A stretch of 64,000 bases of DNA from Patescibacteria group bacterium. GTDB taxonomy: Bacteria; Patescibacteriota; Minisyncoccia; Phycocordibacterales; GCA-2747955. The notes under the pieces are model-generated. The model made no database searches, was not told the origin of the DNA, and was given only the letters and a program-made list of their open reading frames with translations. Shown here piece after piece: positions 49,139 to 61,488 of the stretch (positions within the stretch are counted from its first letter, which is position 1; every line of letters begins with the position of its first letter). The position numbers and the translations under genes were made by a program. The DNA lies in NCBI GenBank assembly GCA_048538215.1, contig JBLYPV010000001.1, forward strand, positions 75,495-139,494, read 5' to 3'.

Positions 49139-49459
49139 GAAGCCCCGAGGTACAGCTTTTAGTTTTGTTTGAGTGTCTTTATAACTTCACTTGAACTTGC
49201 TTTATCAAAAATTCCTAACTAGTAAAAGTCCTGCCACTGCCTTACTCCGCTCGGCAACCCCGAAAGAAAAAACACTCCTTGCATTTCTGATTTGCGCGCG
49301 CTCGATTTTTTCTGGTAAAGGAGGGGTGCTTTTTTCGGGGTTCTGCCCTCCAAGTATTCGGGCAGTGTGGCGGGGCTCCAATACGGACTCGGCAAAGCGA
49401 AAATCTTTTTTTCTGGAGGGAAGGATTTTTCGCTTTGACTTAGCTGATTTCTCGCCCGC

Positions 49460-49490
49460 AGGAGGGGTCTGGGGAGGAATGCGGGCGGGA
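49460..49490 (+). repeat. 31-bp direct repeat, copy 1
   Basis: AGGAGGGGTCTGGGGAGGAATGCGGGCGGGA, identical at 51970-52000. Confidence 0.92.
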
Positions 49491-49560
49491 TTCGCCCTGT
49501 GGAAAAGTTGTTTGCGAATTAAAATAATGCTAGAATAAAAATCTCTTAAATTTCAATACT

Positions 49561-50253
49561 ATGGCTAACCCAAAACTAAGTGAATATGTTAAAACTTCGT
49601 TGGCGCAAGGTAAACCAAAGGAAGAAATATACAAAGAGCTTCTTGGACAGGGCTGGACTATTGAAGTTATCCAAGAAAGTTTTAACTCAATCGGAACAGA
49701 ACAAGAGAAAGAAGATGCCTCAAAAAGGACTATCCGCATAATTGTAACCATTGGTGCCGTTCTTGTGGGAGCTGGAATTTTCTCTTTTGTCGCCGCTAAT
49801 TGGCTCGAAATGACAAAACCGATCAAAATCGGAATTATTTTAATCTCAATGGTTGTGTCTTACGGCGCAGGATGGTATCTCAAAGAAAAGTCGGAACTTC
49901 AAAAAACTGGTGATGCGTTAATTTTACTCGCGTCGATAATTTATGGCGCAGGAATATTTTTAGTTGCGCAAATGTTCAATATCCGAGCCAATTGGCCTGA
50001 CGGTTTTATTCTATGGATGATAGGAACAATCGCCATGGCTTTTGCGGTTGAATCGTACCCGCTTTTTTACCTCGCTATTCCGCTTGGTATCATTGCGTTA
50101 ATCGGACATCCATTCGGAATTTTCACGGGCTTTGGATATAATTCATTCTTGCTTACTTCGTCATTTCTGCTTCTTGTTGCAACAATTATCACTTTTGCCA
50201 CCGGATGGATAGTCCGCAAGAAAATACCGGCGGAACTTAAAGAATTTTATTAA
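49561..50253 (+). CDS. DUF2157-type membrane protein
   Basis: GAVLVGAGIFSFVAANW, GAGIFLVAQMFN. Confidence 0.8.
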   Translation: MANPKLSEYVKTSLAQGKPKEEIYKELLGQGWTIEVIQESFNSIGTEQEKEDASKRTIRIIVTIGAVLVGAGIFSFVAANWLEMTKPIKIGIILISMVVSYGAGWYLKEKSELQKTGDALILLASIIYGAGIFLVAQMFNIRANWPDGFILWMIGTIAMAFAVESYPLFYLAIPLGIIALIGHPFGIFTGFGYNSFLLTSSFLLLVATIITFATGWIVRKKIPAELKEFY

Positions 50254-50259
50254 ACCATT

Positions 50260-51366
50260 ATGTTTATCTTTAGCATATTATCATTTCTTTTTTGGCCAAT
50301 AGTTATCATCGGACTCATCGTATTTTTTGCTCGACACAGAAAGAAAAGCGGACATCCAGCAACGGATAAAGAATGGTATCTGCAATTTGCGTTATCTAAA
50401 GAAGACGCGGTTAGTCAATTTTTCCTCCTCTTGTCCGTTTTCTTTCTCGGCGTAACATTACTTGCTTTCAATAAAGATTTGGGCGATCCGTTTTCATGGC
50501 GAACTATTTTGTTTATCACTTCGGCTCTTAGCTTAGTTAGCGCATACTACTTGAAAGCACTTTACTCGCTCACCTTTGGTTTAATCGCTATTATTGCGTG
50601 GTGGGGCGCACAGGCCGCCGAATGGATACAGAGTAAAGATATTACATCATCTGCAATCTTTGTTGGATTAGCTTTTGTGGCATTACTTTTTTATTTACTA
50701 GGACATCTCCATGAAAGAGAAATGAAGTGGAAGCGATTTGCTCTCATGTACTTGGTTTTTGGGATTACCTCAATCACTGGCGCTTTATTCTTCTTTTCTT
50801 CCAAGCCGGGCCTTTCTGTTCTTGGGGAAATGACAAAAGGAGTTTCATTTTTTGGCTCGTGGCAAATAACATTATCGTTGTTTATCTTTCTAGCATCTCT
50901 CGTTGGAGTGGCGTTATACACAGTCGCCAAAAAATTAGTTTCTCCTTTAGAATTTCTTGCCGTCCTTCTGCTCACACTTTTGTTTGGTGCAATTGCTTTA
51001 CTTCCACAACAAAGTATGTTTCTTCAAGCGGGCAACTCTTACAGCTTCTACTCCGGAGGTCAAGAATTATCTAGTAGCGGTGTCTTGTGGGCTATTATCT
51101 TTAATTTTGCAGTATTCTTTGAATTACTCGGTTTGATTTTTTCTGGATATCTTCGTAGAGAAACTTGGCTTATAAATTTAGGCGCACTTTTCTTATTCCT
51201 GCTCATTATTGTTAAATACTTTGATTGGTTCTTCACCTTCCTCGACAAAAGTATCTTCTTTGTTGGTGCAGGTATTCTACTTATTGCAGTGGGTTGGTTT
51301 ATGGAAAAAGGTAGACGAATGATGATTTCGAATATCAAAGCACAAACGCAACAAATTCCACAATAA
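50260..51366 (+). CDS. Multi-pass membrane protein (DUF2157-associated)
   Basis: About 10 TM; KYFDWFF..LDKS.FF C-terminus. Confidence 0.75.
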   Translation: MFIFSILSFLFWPIVIIGLIVFFARHRKKSGHPATDKEWYLQFALSKEDAVSQFFLLLSVFFLGVTLLAFNKDLGDPFSWRTILFITSALSLVSAYYLKALYSLTFGLIAIIAWWGAQAAEWIQSKDITSSAIFVGLAFVALLFYLLGHLHEREMKWKRFALMYLVFGITSITGALFFFSSKPGLSVLGEMTKGVSFFGSWQITLSLFIFLASLVGVALYTVAKKLVSPLEFLAVLLLTLLFGAIALLPQQSMFLQAGNSYSFYSGGQELSSSGVLWAIIFNFAVFFELLGLIFSGYLRRETWLINLGALFLFLLIIVKYFDWFFTFLDKSIFFVGAGILLIAVGWFMEKGRRMMISNIKAQTQQIPQ

Positions 51367-51368
51367 TT

Positions 51369-51923
51369 ATGATGACGAAACAGACAAAATTTATTTTAGC
51401 GATAGCTCTGCAAGTGATAATTATTTTCGCTATCGTCATTTTCAAAATGTCCGTCCTGACTGGTGGCACAGATGTTTTGTTGAAAATTGCACCAGTTGAT
51501 CCTCGAGATATGTTACGAGGAGATTATGCCACTTTTCAATACGATATCTCCAATCTTGATTCATACATTTCAGGTGGACAACAAATCAGAAACGGCGACA
51601 CAGTTTATGTTGCCTTGAGACAAAGTGGAAAATATTATTTTGCGCAAAATGTTCAAAAAACTAAACCTACTGACGGAGGAATTTTCATCAAGGGCACGGT
51701 AGCGAGTGGCGGAGTAGATACACAATCAGATGTTTTTCAAAATCAAAATTCCGGTAATTCTCGTCTCCACGTTGTTTATGGTGTAGAAGATTACTTTATT
51801 CCGGAAGGAAAGGGTCAAGGGTTTAGTTTTTGGAACAAAGAGGCCGCGGCAAGAGTCGTGGTTGATGAGAACGGCAACGCCGTTCTCAAACAGCTTTATG
51901 TTGACGATAAACCCTGGCCTTAA
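51369..51923 (+). CDS. GDYXXLXY domain protein
   Basis: APVDPRDMLRGDYATFQY, YGVEDYFIPEG. Confidence 0.88.
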   Translation: MMTKQTKFILAIALQVIIIFAIVIFKMSVLTGGTDVLLKIAPVDPRDMLRGDYATFQYDISNLDSYISGGQQIRNGDTVYVALRQSGKYYFAQNVQKTKPTDGGIFIKGTVASGGVDTQSDVFQNQNSGNSRLHVVYGVEDYFIPEGKGQGFSFWNKEAAARVVVDENGNAVLKQLYVDDKPWP

Positions 51924-51969
51924 TTAGTTTTCGCAAACAACTTTGCCTCGGCTGATTCCCCGCTCACGA

Positions 51970-52000
51970 AGGAGGGGTCTGGGGAGGAATGCGGGCGGGA
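51970..52000 (+). repeat. 31-bp direct repeat, copy 2
   Basis: Identical to 49460-49490. Confidence 0.92.
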
Positions 52001-52064
52001 AATCAGTGGGACGCGCTTCGCACGTCCCACGCTATGGGGTCTTCTGTATCTTTTTTTATAAAAC

Positions 52065-52140
52065 TGGAGCCACTTGTCAGATTCGAACTGACGACCTACG
52101 GTTTACAAAACCGTTGCTCTACCAACTGAGCTAAAGTGGC
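52065..52140 (-). tRNA. tRNA-Thr(TGT)
   Basis: Reverse strand GCCACTTTAGCTCAG...TTTGTAA...CCA. Confidence 0.95.
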
Positions 52141-52141
52141 G

Positions 52142-52223
52142 TGCCGAGGGAGGGAATCGAACCCTCACTCCCGAAGGAACACGATTTTGAGTCGTGCGCG
52201 TCTACCAATTCCGCCACCTCGGC
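52142..52223 (-). tRNA. tRNA-Leu(CAA)
   Basis: Reverse strand GCCGAGGTGGCGGAATTGG...CTCAAAA, variable arm. Confidence 0.95.
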
Positions 52224-52375
52224 ATTGTTATGGCGGCACTGTGTAAGACTGAGACTCGTATTCCTTCGAATGCAGGTATTCTAGCAGAAGATTTTATTGG
52301 TGCAAGATAAAAATAGATATCAAATTTTGATTTTTGTAATTATAATCCTGGGTGGTAGTATAGCTATGTTTGTAT

Positions 52376-52446
52376 CGGACCATAGTATAGTGGAAGTATA
52401 GGCCCATGGGGTGGGTCAGGCTCGAGTTCGATTCTCGGTGGTCCGA
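52376..52446 (+). tRNA. tRNA-Pro(GGG)
   Basis: CGGACCA acceptor, loop ATGGGGT, GTTCGATTC. Confidence 0.85.
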
Positions 52447-52548
52447 CAAAGAAAAGATATATACGAGGCACCAGGGCTTTAATACATAAGGCGATACTTG
52501 TGAGTAGTGTCTATTCTCTGAAAAGGTACCCATGCTATAATGTTTCTT

Positions 52549-54126
52549 ATGAACGACTTACAAGTTATTAATTCTGTCTTTAATATAGAAATTGAAAAGA
52601 TAGATCCTAATCCCAATCAGCCACGCAAGCATTTTTCTGATGAATCTTTGCGTGATTTGGCAGAATCAATTCGTCGTTATGGCGTTATGCAACCAATTAC
52701 TGTTGTGCGTCGTGAGCAAGAGACAGCAGGAGGGGGGATTATTACTCGTTATGAGATAGTAGCAGGGGAGCGACGATGGCGCGCATCAGTAATAGCAGGG
52801 ATGTCTACCATACCTGCTATTATTCGGGAGGATGCAGATAGTGAGCAAGAGCGATTTGAATTATCGGTTTTGGAAAATTTACAAAGAGAGGATCTGAATC
52901 CAGTAGATAGGGCTAGATCCTTTGAACGGCTAGTTAATGAATTTGGTATGCGTCATGCAGAGATTGCTGATCGACTGGGTAAATCTCGAGAGTATGTGAC
53001 TAATTCAATGCGAATTTTGGATTTGCCTGATAATGTACTCGACGCTCTTTCAGCAGGGGAGATATATGAAGGACATACTCGCCCAATGCTTTCTATTAAA
53101 GATCACCCAGAAGAATTGCAGGTACTATTTCAAGAAATTAAAGCAAAACATCTTACCGTCCGCCAAGCCGAAACAATGGCTAAGGCTTTGGTAGGTAAAG
53201 GTCCCAAGCCCAGTCGAGGGTCATCATCAGTGAAGCAAGATCAATATGCGCGTGATCCCGAAATCCTTGCTCTGCAAGCAAAGCTCTCTGATACATTTGG
53301 CACTAAGGTTTCAATTGATGCAAAAGATGATGGTGGTAAGCTGACCATAGATTTTTTTTCTCGTGATGACTTAAAAAAAATATTAGATTTAGTAGGCACT
53401 AATACAAGCTCGCAATATTCAGCAAATAATAATCAAAGTAGTAGCCAAGATAGTCGCCAAGAGGTGCCCCCTAAGGGGGAATTGGATGTGGATAATGACT
53501 TTCAAATTATTCCTCGCCCTAGCCACCAAGCATTTTATACCTCAAAAGCTTATTCTGATGAGAATAAATCAATTACAGATTCACCATTTAGTAGTAATGA
53601 TGCTCGAGAAGGCAAGAAAGATATCTTTGATGATATGCCACTAGGGAATGAAAGGCATATACATTTTGATGGAGAAAATCTTACAAAGCCTTTTCCACAA
53701 GAGCCAGCTTTTTCTGCACGGGAAGAAAATCCTATAGAAGAGAAAATATTAAATAATCAAGAGAATATAGATGCTCATCAAGTGGAAAATCATATACCAG
53801 ACGTGAAATCAAAGCCCGTGGGGCAATTAGGCGATGAATTTGTACCTCAAGTAGCCCCAAAAGGAATTGGGGCAGAGCTTGATTCCTCGGTATCTTTTGG
53901 TGAGGATTTTATCCCTAGAAATAGCCAATCACAAGAAAACGATCATACCCAGCCAATTTCTCGTGATGCAAAAATTACTATGGGAGGTATGGGCATGGGA
54001 GATCACCTAGGTATTGATACTAGGCAAAGAGCAACACCGAGTGCTCCTATTGATGATGCCTACATAAAATCTTTACATTCACAAGATGATGATGATCCCT
54101 ATCGTTTAGATAATTTTTCTATTTAG
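52549..54126 (+). CDS. parB: ParB/Spo0J partition protein with long low-complexity tail
   Basis: PNPNQPRK.F, AGERRWRA, ENLQREDL, HTH; start ATG 52549 after TGcTATAAT. Confidence 0.92.
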   Translation: MNDLQVINSVFNIEIEKIDPNPNQPRKHFSDESLRDLAESIRRYGVMQPITVVRREQETAGGGIITRYEIVAGERRWRASVIAGMSTIPAIIREDADSEQERFELSVLENLQREDLNPVDRARSFERLVNEFGMRHAEIADRLGKSREYVTNSMRILDLPDNVLDALSAGEIYEGHTRPMLSIKDHPEELQVLFQEIKAKHLTVRQAETMAKALVGKGPKPSRGSSSVKQDQYARDPEILALQAKLSDTFGTKVSIDAKDDGGKLTIDFFSRDDLKKILDLVGTNTSSQYSANNNQSSSQDSRQEVPPKGELDVDNDFQIIPRPSHQAFYTSKAYSDENKSITDSPFSSNDAREGKKDIFDDMPLGNERHIHFDGENLTKPFPQEPAFSAREENPIEEKILNNQENIDAHQVENHIPDVKSKPVGQLGDEFVPQVAPKGIGAELDSSVSFGEDFIPRNSQSQENDHTQPISRDAKITMGGMGMGDHLGIDTRQRATPSAPIDDAYIKSLHSQDDDDPYRLDNFSI

Positions 54127-54133
54127 ATAGATA

Positions 54134-54856
54134 TTAAAGAGAGTTTAAAAATGCATTCAGTTCTTCTCTGTTAAGTTCACGATAAGCTCCAGGGGCAAGT
54201 TTGCCAAGCTCTAAATTATTAATGCGTATGCGTTTGAGATCTTTGACCTGATAGCCAAGAGCAGCACACATTCGTCTAATTTGGTGTTTCTTGCCTTCGG
54301 TCAAAGTAATATGAAATACGCGTGGCTGTATTTTTTTTACTACTGTCGGCTTAGTTTGATACCCTTCTATCTTGACTCCATTTTGCATTGCTTGGATAAA
54401 ATTTTTATCAATGCGCTTATCTACTTCTACCACATATTCCTTACTATGATTATGCGATGGATTGAGTAGGGCATCTACAATCCTCCCATCATTAGAGAGA
54501 AGCAGGAGCCCATGAGATGCTTTGTCTAATCTACCTATAGGAGAAAGAGCTACAGGGATATCCTTGAAGTATGACTCGATACTTCGCTCTCCAAATTGCG
54601 GATTATGTGATACTACTCCAATGGGCTTATTAAAAATAATGTACCACTTCTTTTCTTGTATTTGTTTGTGGGCTTTTTTAGTAAAGCTAATAACATCTTT
54701 TTGTGATACTTGTTGTCCAAGTTTTGCTGGTATGTTATTGATGAGTACCCCACCTTCAGAGATCAATCGATCTGCAGCACGACGAGAGCAAAATCCCTTG
54801 AGAAATAAATAGCGATTAATCCGTATAGGATATTCAAGAGGAGCAGATGTATTCAT
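54134..54856 (-). CDS. RsuA-family rRNA pseudouridine synthase (RluF/RluB-like)
   Basis: S4 domain SRRAAD, GRLD, EGKKHQIRRM. Confidence 0.92.
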   Translation of the reverse strand: MNTSAPLEYPIRINRYLFLKGFCSRRAADRLISEGGVLINNIPAKLGQQVSQKDVISFTKKAHKQIQEKKWYIIFNKPIGVVSHNPQFGERSIESYFKDIPVALSPIGRLDKASHGLLLLSNDGRIVDALLNPSHNHSKEYVVEVDKRIDKNFIQAMQNGVKIEGYQTKPTVVKKIQPRVFHITLTEGKKHQIRRMCAALGYQVKDLKRIRINNLELGKLAPGAYRELNREELNAFLNSL

Positions 54857-54964
54857 TTTTGTATTATTGCATAATTTTCACACTAATAAAGAATTTATAT
54901 TTATATATCCTTGTGTGGAAAGAATAATTGGGGAAATACTAGCCCAAGCGGTATAATGAAATGC

Positions 54965-56158
54965 ATGGCGCACACACCACGATTTTTGCGGTCATTTGAT
55001 GGTCGTTATACCGAGCTTGTTTTGAGCTATCTTTCTGATAATGTGGCAGCTACTCTTTATTATCATAGCAAGGATGCTGAGCCACGGGTACTCGCACACA
55101 TTCAAAAGAGTCTACCTGTTTTTAAGCGTCACCCTAGTCGCCGAGAGATTATAGATGAATCTCTTTTTCTTAGCAAAAGTGTTTGCGAAGAGGTACTTCG
55201 TGAAGCATACGAGCTCTATCAAATTAAAGATTTACTCAAAGATGATCAAAGAATTGATAAGGTTTCTTGTTTTCTTTCCGTACCTTGGCTACGATACGAG
55301 CACTACAACTGCCACCTTGAATTTGACACTCTCGAGCGTATTGATAAAGATACAATCAACAAAGAGCTCCGTGAGAATATCCCTCAAGCGCATATGCGTG
55401 TAGATAGGCACATCGCTCCTATTTTTGCTAATGGCTATGCTACTCGATTGGATGTAGCCTTATCTAACAAGATCCGTACCCTAAGTTTTGGAGTAATAGA
55501 AAGCTTTGCTCGCCTCGATGAACTTGAAACACTTTATCAACTACTTCTTACCGAGCTCAATATTGAGCCAAATCAATTATCTTTTTATTCGGTAGGAAAT
55601 AACTTGCGTGCATTTACTCAAGCGCAATATGCTCCTGAACGAGAATATGTATCTGCTCATATTCATGGCTACTCTAGTGATGTAGTGGTAGTAGAGCAAG
55701 GAGAGATTAGCTATGCTGGATTGATTAATTATGGCTACTATGATTTTATTGATCGTCTGAAAAGGTCAGGGATTGCTCCTGATTTTCAAAGTGTTTGGAG
55801 TATACTTGCAATGAGGAGTCGTAATGAGCTTGATGATGCCACGAAAGAGCAAGTACTAAAAGTTGGCAAGGTGATAGTAGAAGACTACGAGCAAGCAATT
55901 AAAATATCTATGGCTGATCAGCTAGGACTTAGTGAGCAAATATGGACAGAAATACCTCGAGATTGGTACGTATTGGGTGATCAATCTATAGGAAGATATT
56001 TTGCTCAATTTTTATACGATGAGGATCCTACGCGACGTGTCGTTGCTCCGCTAGCTCGGGAGGAACAGAAGTATGACCACGCATCTCACATACAGGTACT
56101 TCACAACGCTCTTATTCGTTATCGGCAAGAGCAAAGTGGTTTGGTGCTCGTACAATAA
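54965..56158 (+). CDS. Hypothetical protein, possibly a degenerate actin-like (FtsA-like) fold
   Basis: Long ORF; ANGY motif and beta-rich segment HIHGYSSDVVVVEQG; fold is inferred. Confidence 0.55.
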   Translation: MAHTPRFLRSFDGRYTELVLSYLSDNVAATLYYHSKDAEPRVLAHIQKSLPVFKRHPSRREIIDESLFLSKSVCEEVLREAYELYQIKDLLKDDQRIDKVSCFLSVPWLRYEHYNCHLEFDTLERIDKDTINKELRENIPQAHMRVDRHIAPIFANGYATRLDVALSNKIRTLSFGVIESFARLDELETLYQLLLTELNIEPNQLSFYSVGNNLRAFTQAQYAPEREYVSAHIHGYSSDVVVVEQGEISYAGLINYGYYDFIDRLKRSGIAPDFQSVWSILAMRSRNELDDATKEQVLKVGKVIVEDYEQAIKISMADQLGLSEQIWTEIPRDWYVLGDQSIGRYFAQFLYDEDPTRRVVAPLAREEQKYDHASHIQVLHNALIRYRQEQSGLVLVQ

Positions 56159-56216
56159 TGCTTTTATTTGACCCTGTGTATGGTATCATTCTCATTGTTA
56201 GTAATATCTTTGTCTT

Positions 56217-58962
<2,746 letters not shown>

Positions 58963-58975
58963 GTAATAGATTGAT

Positions 58976-59218
58976 ATGAATTTTTTCCCTTTACAAGTAT
59001 TAAAAATTGATGAGGTTATATTTAGTGGAGAAGCCCTTTCTCTACAGGCACCGGGAAGCCTTGGGGAGCTTACGGTGCTTGCACAACATGAAACAATACT
59101 TACTTCGCTTAGGCAAGGAGAGCTAATCATCAAGCCAAAGAAGGGAGATGAGATACGGATTGAGATAGAGCAAGGCTTTCTTGAGGCAGACCGCAATAAG
59201 GTGACCGTCTTGTTGTGA
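58976..59218 (+). CDS. atpC: ATP synthase epsilon (N-terminal domain only)
   Basis: GELTVLAQH, GFLE..NKVTVL; follows atpD. Confidence 0.85.
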   Translation: MNFFPLQVLKIDEVIFSGEALSLQAPGSLGELTVLAQHETILTSLRQGELIIKPKKGDEIRIEIEQGFLEADRNKVTVLL

Positions 59219-59265
59219 TATTTCTATCGCCGACAAAATTTTGAAGCAGGGCAAGTCGTGTTACA

Positions 59266-59631
59266 ATGTATATGTATACAAATAATATGTTTACCAAGAT
59301 TAATCCATTCAACAAAAAAGGAGATCAAGATGCTCAGGATCAAAGTAAGCCAGTATCCACGGACAAGCAGAAGAGTGAAAAAAAAGGATTTTTTGCTGGA
59401 ATAAAAGACAAGGCTACTCTCCGAATACTTGAAAAGCAATTAGCAGGCGTACCAGAGGCACAGAGAGAAATGCTTACTAGGGCTATCCAAAATAATCCTG
59501 AATTTTTTGAAAAGCTTGCTGGAAAAATCAAAGAGGAGGAAAAGCGCAATGGAGGTAATCAAATGGCAGCGAGTATGAAAGTGATGCGTGAGCATCAAAA
59601 TGAGCTCGTTAAAATTATTAGTGGTCGTTAA
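59266..59631 (+). CDS. Hypothetical protein
   Basis: 121-aa helical ORF (GVPEAQRE...NPEFF). Confidence 0.65.
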   Translation: MYMYTNNMFTKINPFNKKGDQDAQDQSKPVSTDKQKSEKKGFFAGIKDKATLRILEKQLAGVPEAQREMLTRAIQNNPEFFEKLAGKIKEEEKRNGGNQMAASMKVMREHQNELVKIISGR

Positions 59632-59641
59632 TTGATAGCTT

Positions 59642-59902
59642 ATGACTAATTCAATCCCAAGTAAATTAGGAGATCAATCATTATACCGAAAAGAACATCG
59701 AGTACTTTTAGGAATGTTTGAGATGTATCAAAATTCCTCCGTAATAGAGCACCTTAGCTTTGCTCAGTATTTTGATTCTTTGATGAGATTAGATTCTGCT
59801 CGTCATAATCATGAGATTCATAATTTTTTCAAGACCGAACACTCTCTGCAAGAGCATTTCCCCTTTGCTGATATAGATGATATATCAGATGATATTTTAT
59901 AA
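59642..59902 (+). CDS. Hypothetical protein
   Basis: ORF tightly packed in an operon-like run. Confidence 0.55.
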   Translation: MTNSIPSKLGDQSLYRKEHRVLLGMFEMYQNSSVIEHLSFAQYFDSLMRLDSARHNHEIHNFFKTEHSLQEHFPFADIDDISDDIL

Positions 59903-59913
59903 ATCGTATAATT

Positions 59914-60300
59914 ATGGCTGACGAGCATACAAGAAAATATAATGATTGGAATATCGTCAAACCACAGCGCTCACCTAAAAAAAGAGCCCGTGTAGATGCA
60001 GGGGATACTCTAGATATTGAAGATACCTCCACAATTTTTAATCAACAAGATCTCAGTACAGAAGATACAAGCTTTGCGACTAATCCATTTATTGCACACG
60101 AAGATACATCCGCTAATAATCAAGAAGGAAGATATATATCATCTCAGACTCCCCAGGCTACTGCTCCTGCCAGCTTCATCAATGATAAACAAGTAGCACA
60201 AGATTATGATAATCAAATGAATATTGATCCAGACACAGGACTCCCTGTGCCAGATTATCTCAAACCTTACACCAAAAAAGATACAAATTCATCTACTTAG
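59914..60300 (+). CDS. Hypothetical low-complexity protein
   Basis: ORF in the run upstream of ychF. Confidence 0.55.
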   Translation: MADEHTRKYNDWNIVKPQRSPKKRARVDAGDTLDIEDTSTIFNQQDLSTEDTSFATNPFIAHEDTSANNQEGRYISSQTPQATAPASFINDKQVAQDYDNQMNIDPDTGLPVPDYLKPYTKKDTNSST

Positions 60301-60317
60301 TATAATTAATATATTCT

Positions 60318-61424
60318 ATGTCAAAATTATCAATTGGAATCGTGGGTTTACCGAATGTAGGAAAATCCACACTCTTTAATGCGCTTACTAAGAAAGAAGT
60401 GGATGCAGAAAATTATCCTTTTTGTACCATTGATCCTTCAGTGGGCGTGGTGCAGGTGCCTGATAGTAGGCTTGATGATCTAAGTGAGTTTTCACAGACG
60501 GCAAAGAAAATTCCTGCAGTAGTTGAGTTTGTAGATATTGCTGGTTTGGTACGAGGGGCTTCACAGGGTGAAGGATTGGGCAATAAATTTTTAGCAAACA
60601 TACGAGAGACAGATGCTATCGCACATGTAGTCCGCGTATTCGAGAACGATAGTATTATTCATGTTGAAAATAGAATTGACCCACTTACCGATATTGAAAT
60701 CATTAATTATGAATTGATTGCCTCCGATAAAGAGACCATCAGTAAGCGTCGAAATAAATTACAAAAAGAGATTAAGCAAGGAGATAAGGAAGCCAAAGCA
60801 CTATCACTTGTTTTAGATAAGGCAGAGGCCACTTTGAATGATGACCGTCTCATTTCACAATACTTAGAAAGTTATAGCGAGGAGGAGCTATCATTACTCA
60901 AATCACTTCACTTAATCACTGCAAAGCCAGTACTATATGTACTCAACAAAGATAGCTCGGCTAAAAATCTAGACGAAATTGATGATGAGCGCTATGATGA
61001 TCTGATGCGCTATTTGAGGGATCAAGACGCTCAATGGATAAGTGTTGATGCCAAAACAGAAATTGAGCTCAATGAATTTGATTTTTATGAACGAGCTAGT
61101 ATGCGTCAGGATTTAGGAGGAGCGATCGATGATATAGATTTATTGATCCGCCGAGGATACGAGCTTTTAGATTTAATTTCCTATTTCACCACAGGGGCAG
61201 TTGAGACGAGAGCCTGGACTGTTCCCCGGGGCAGTACTGCTCCTCGGGCAGGACGAGCTATTCATGGTGACTTTGAAGAAAAATTCATTAGAGCACAAGT
61301 AATTAGCTATCGTGATTTACTTGCGTGCAATTCCAAAAGCGAAGCACGCGATAAGGGACTTATTCGCACCGAAGGAAAGGATTATATTGTACAAGATGGT
61401 GATGTGATTGAATTTCTTATATAG
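60318..61424 (+). CDS. ychF: Redox-regulated ATPase YchF
   Basis: GIVGLPNVGKST, NYPFCTIDP, DIAGLV, EGKDYIVQDGD. Confidence 0.97.
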   Translation: MSKLSIGIVGLPNVGKSTLFNALTKKEVDAENYPFCTIDPSVGVVQVPDSRLDDLSEFSQTAKKIPAVVEFVDIAGLVRGASQGEGLGNKFLANIRETDAIAHVVRVFENDSIIHVENRIDPLTDIEIINYELIASDKETISKRRNKLQKEIKQGDKEAKALSLVLDKAEATLNDDRLISQYLESYSEEELSLLKSLHLITAKPVLYVLNKDSSAKNLDEIDDERYDDLMRYLRDQDAQWISVDAKTEIELNEFDFYERASMRQDLGGAIDDIDLLIRRGYELLDLISYFTTGAVETRAWTVPRGSTAPRAGRAIHGDFEEKFIRAQVISYRDLLACNSKSEARDKGLIRTEGKDYIVQDGDVIEFLI

Positions 61425-61488
61425 CAAAATATATAATACGATTAATATCTTCATTTTATTTTTATCAATAACTATTACATTTTAAAAT

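Larger units (their letters stand above)
49140..52064. mobile_element. Putative small island adjoining the 3' end of tRNA-Thr(TGT)
   Basis: Visibly different codon style; three-gene cassette bracketed by 31-bp direct repeats; no integrase; left boundary approximate. Confidence 0.55.

Noticed and set aside
49191-49538. 115-aa ORF at the island's left end
   Set aside because: TTG start with no recognisable motif; it runs through GC-rich repeat and hairpin DNA, so it is probably non-coding.
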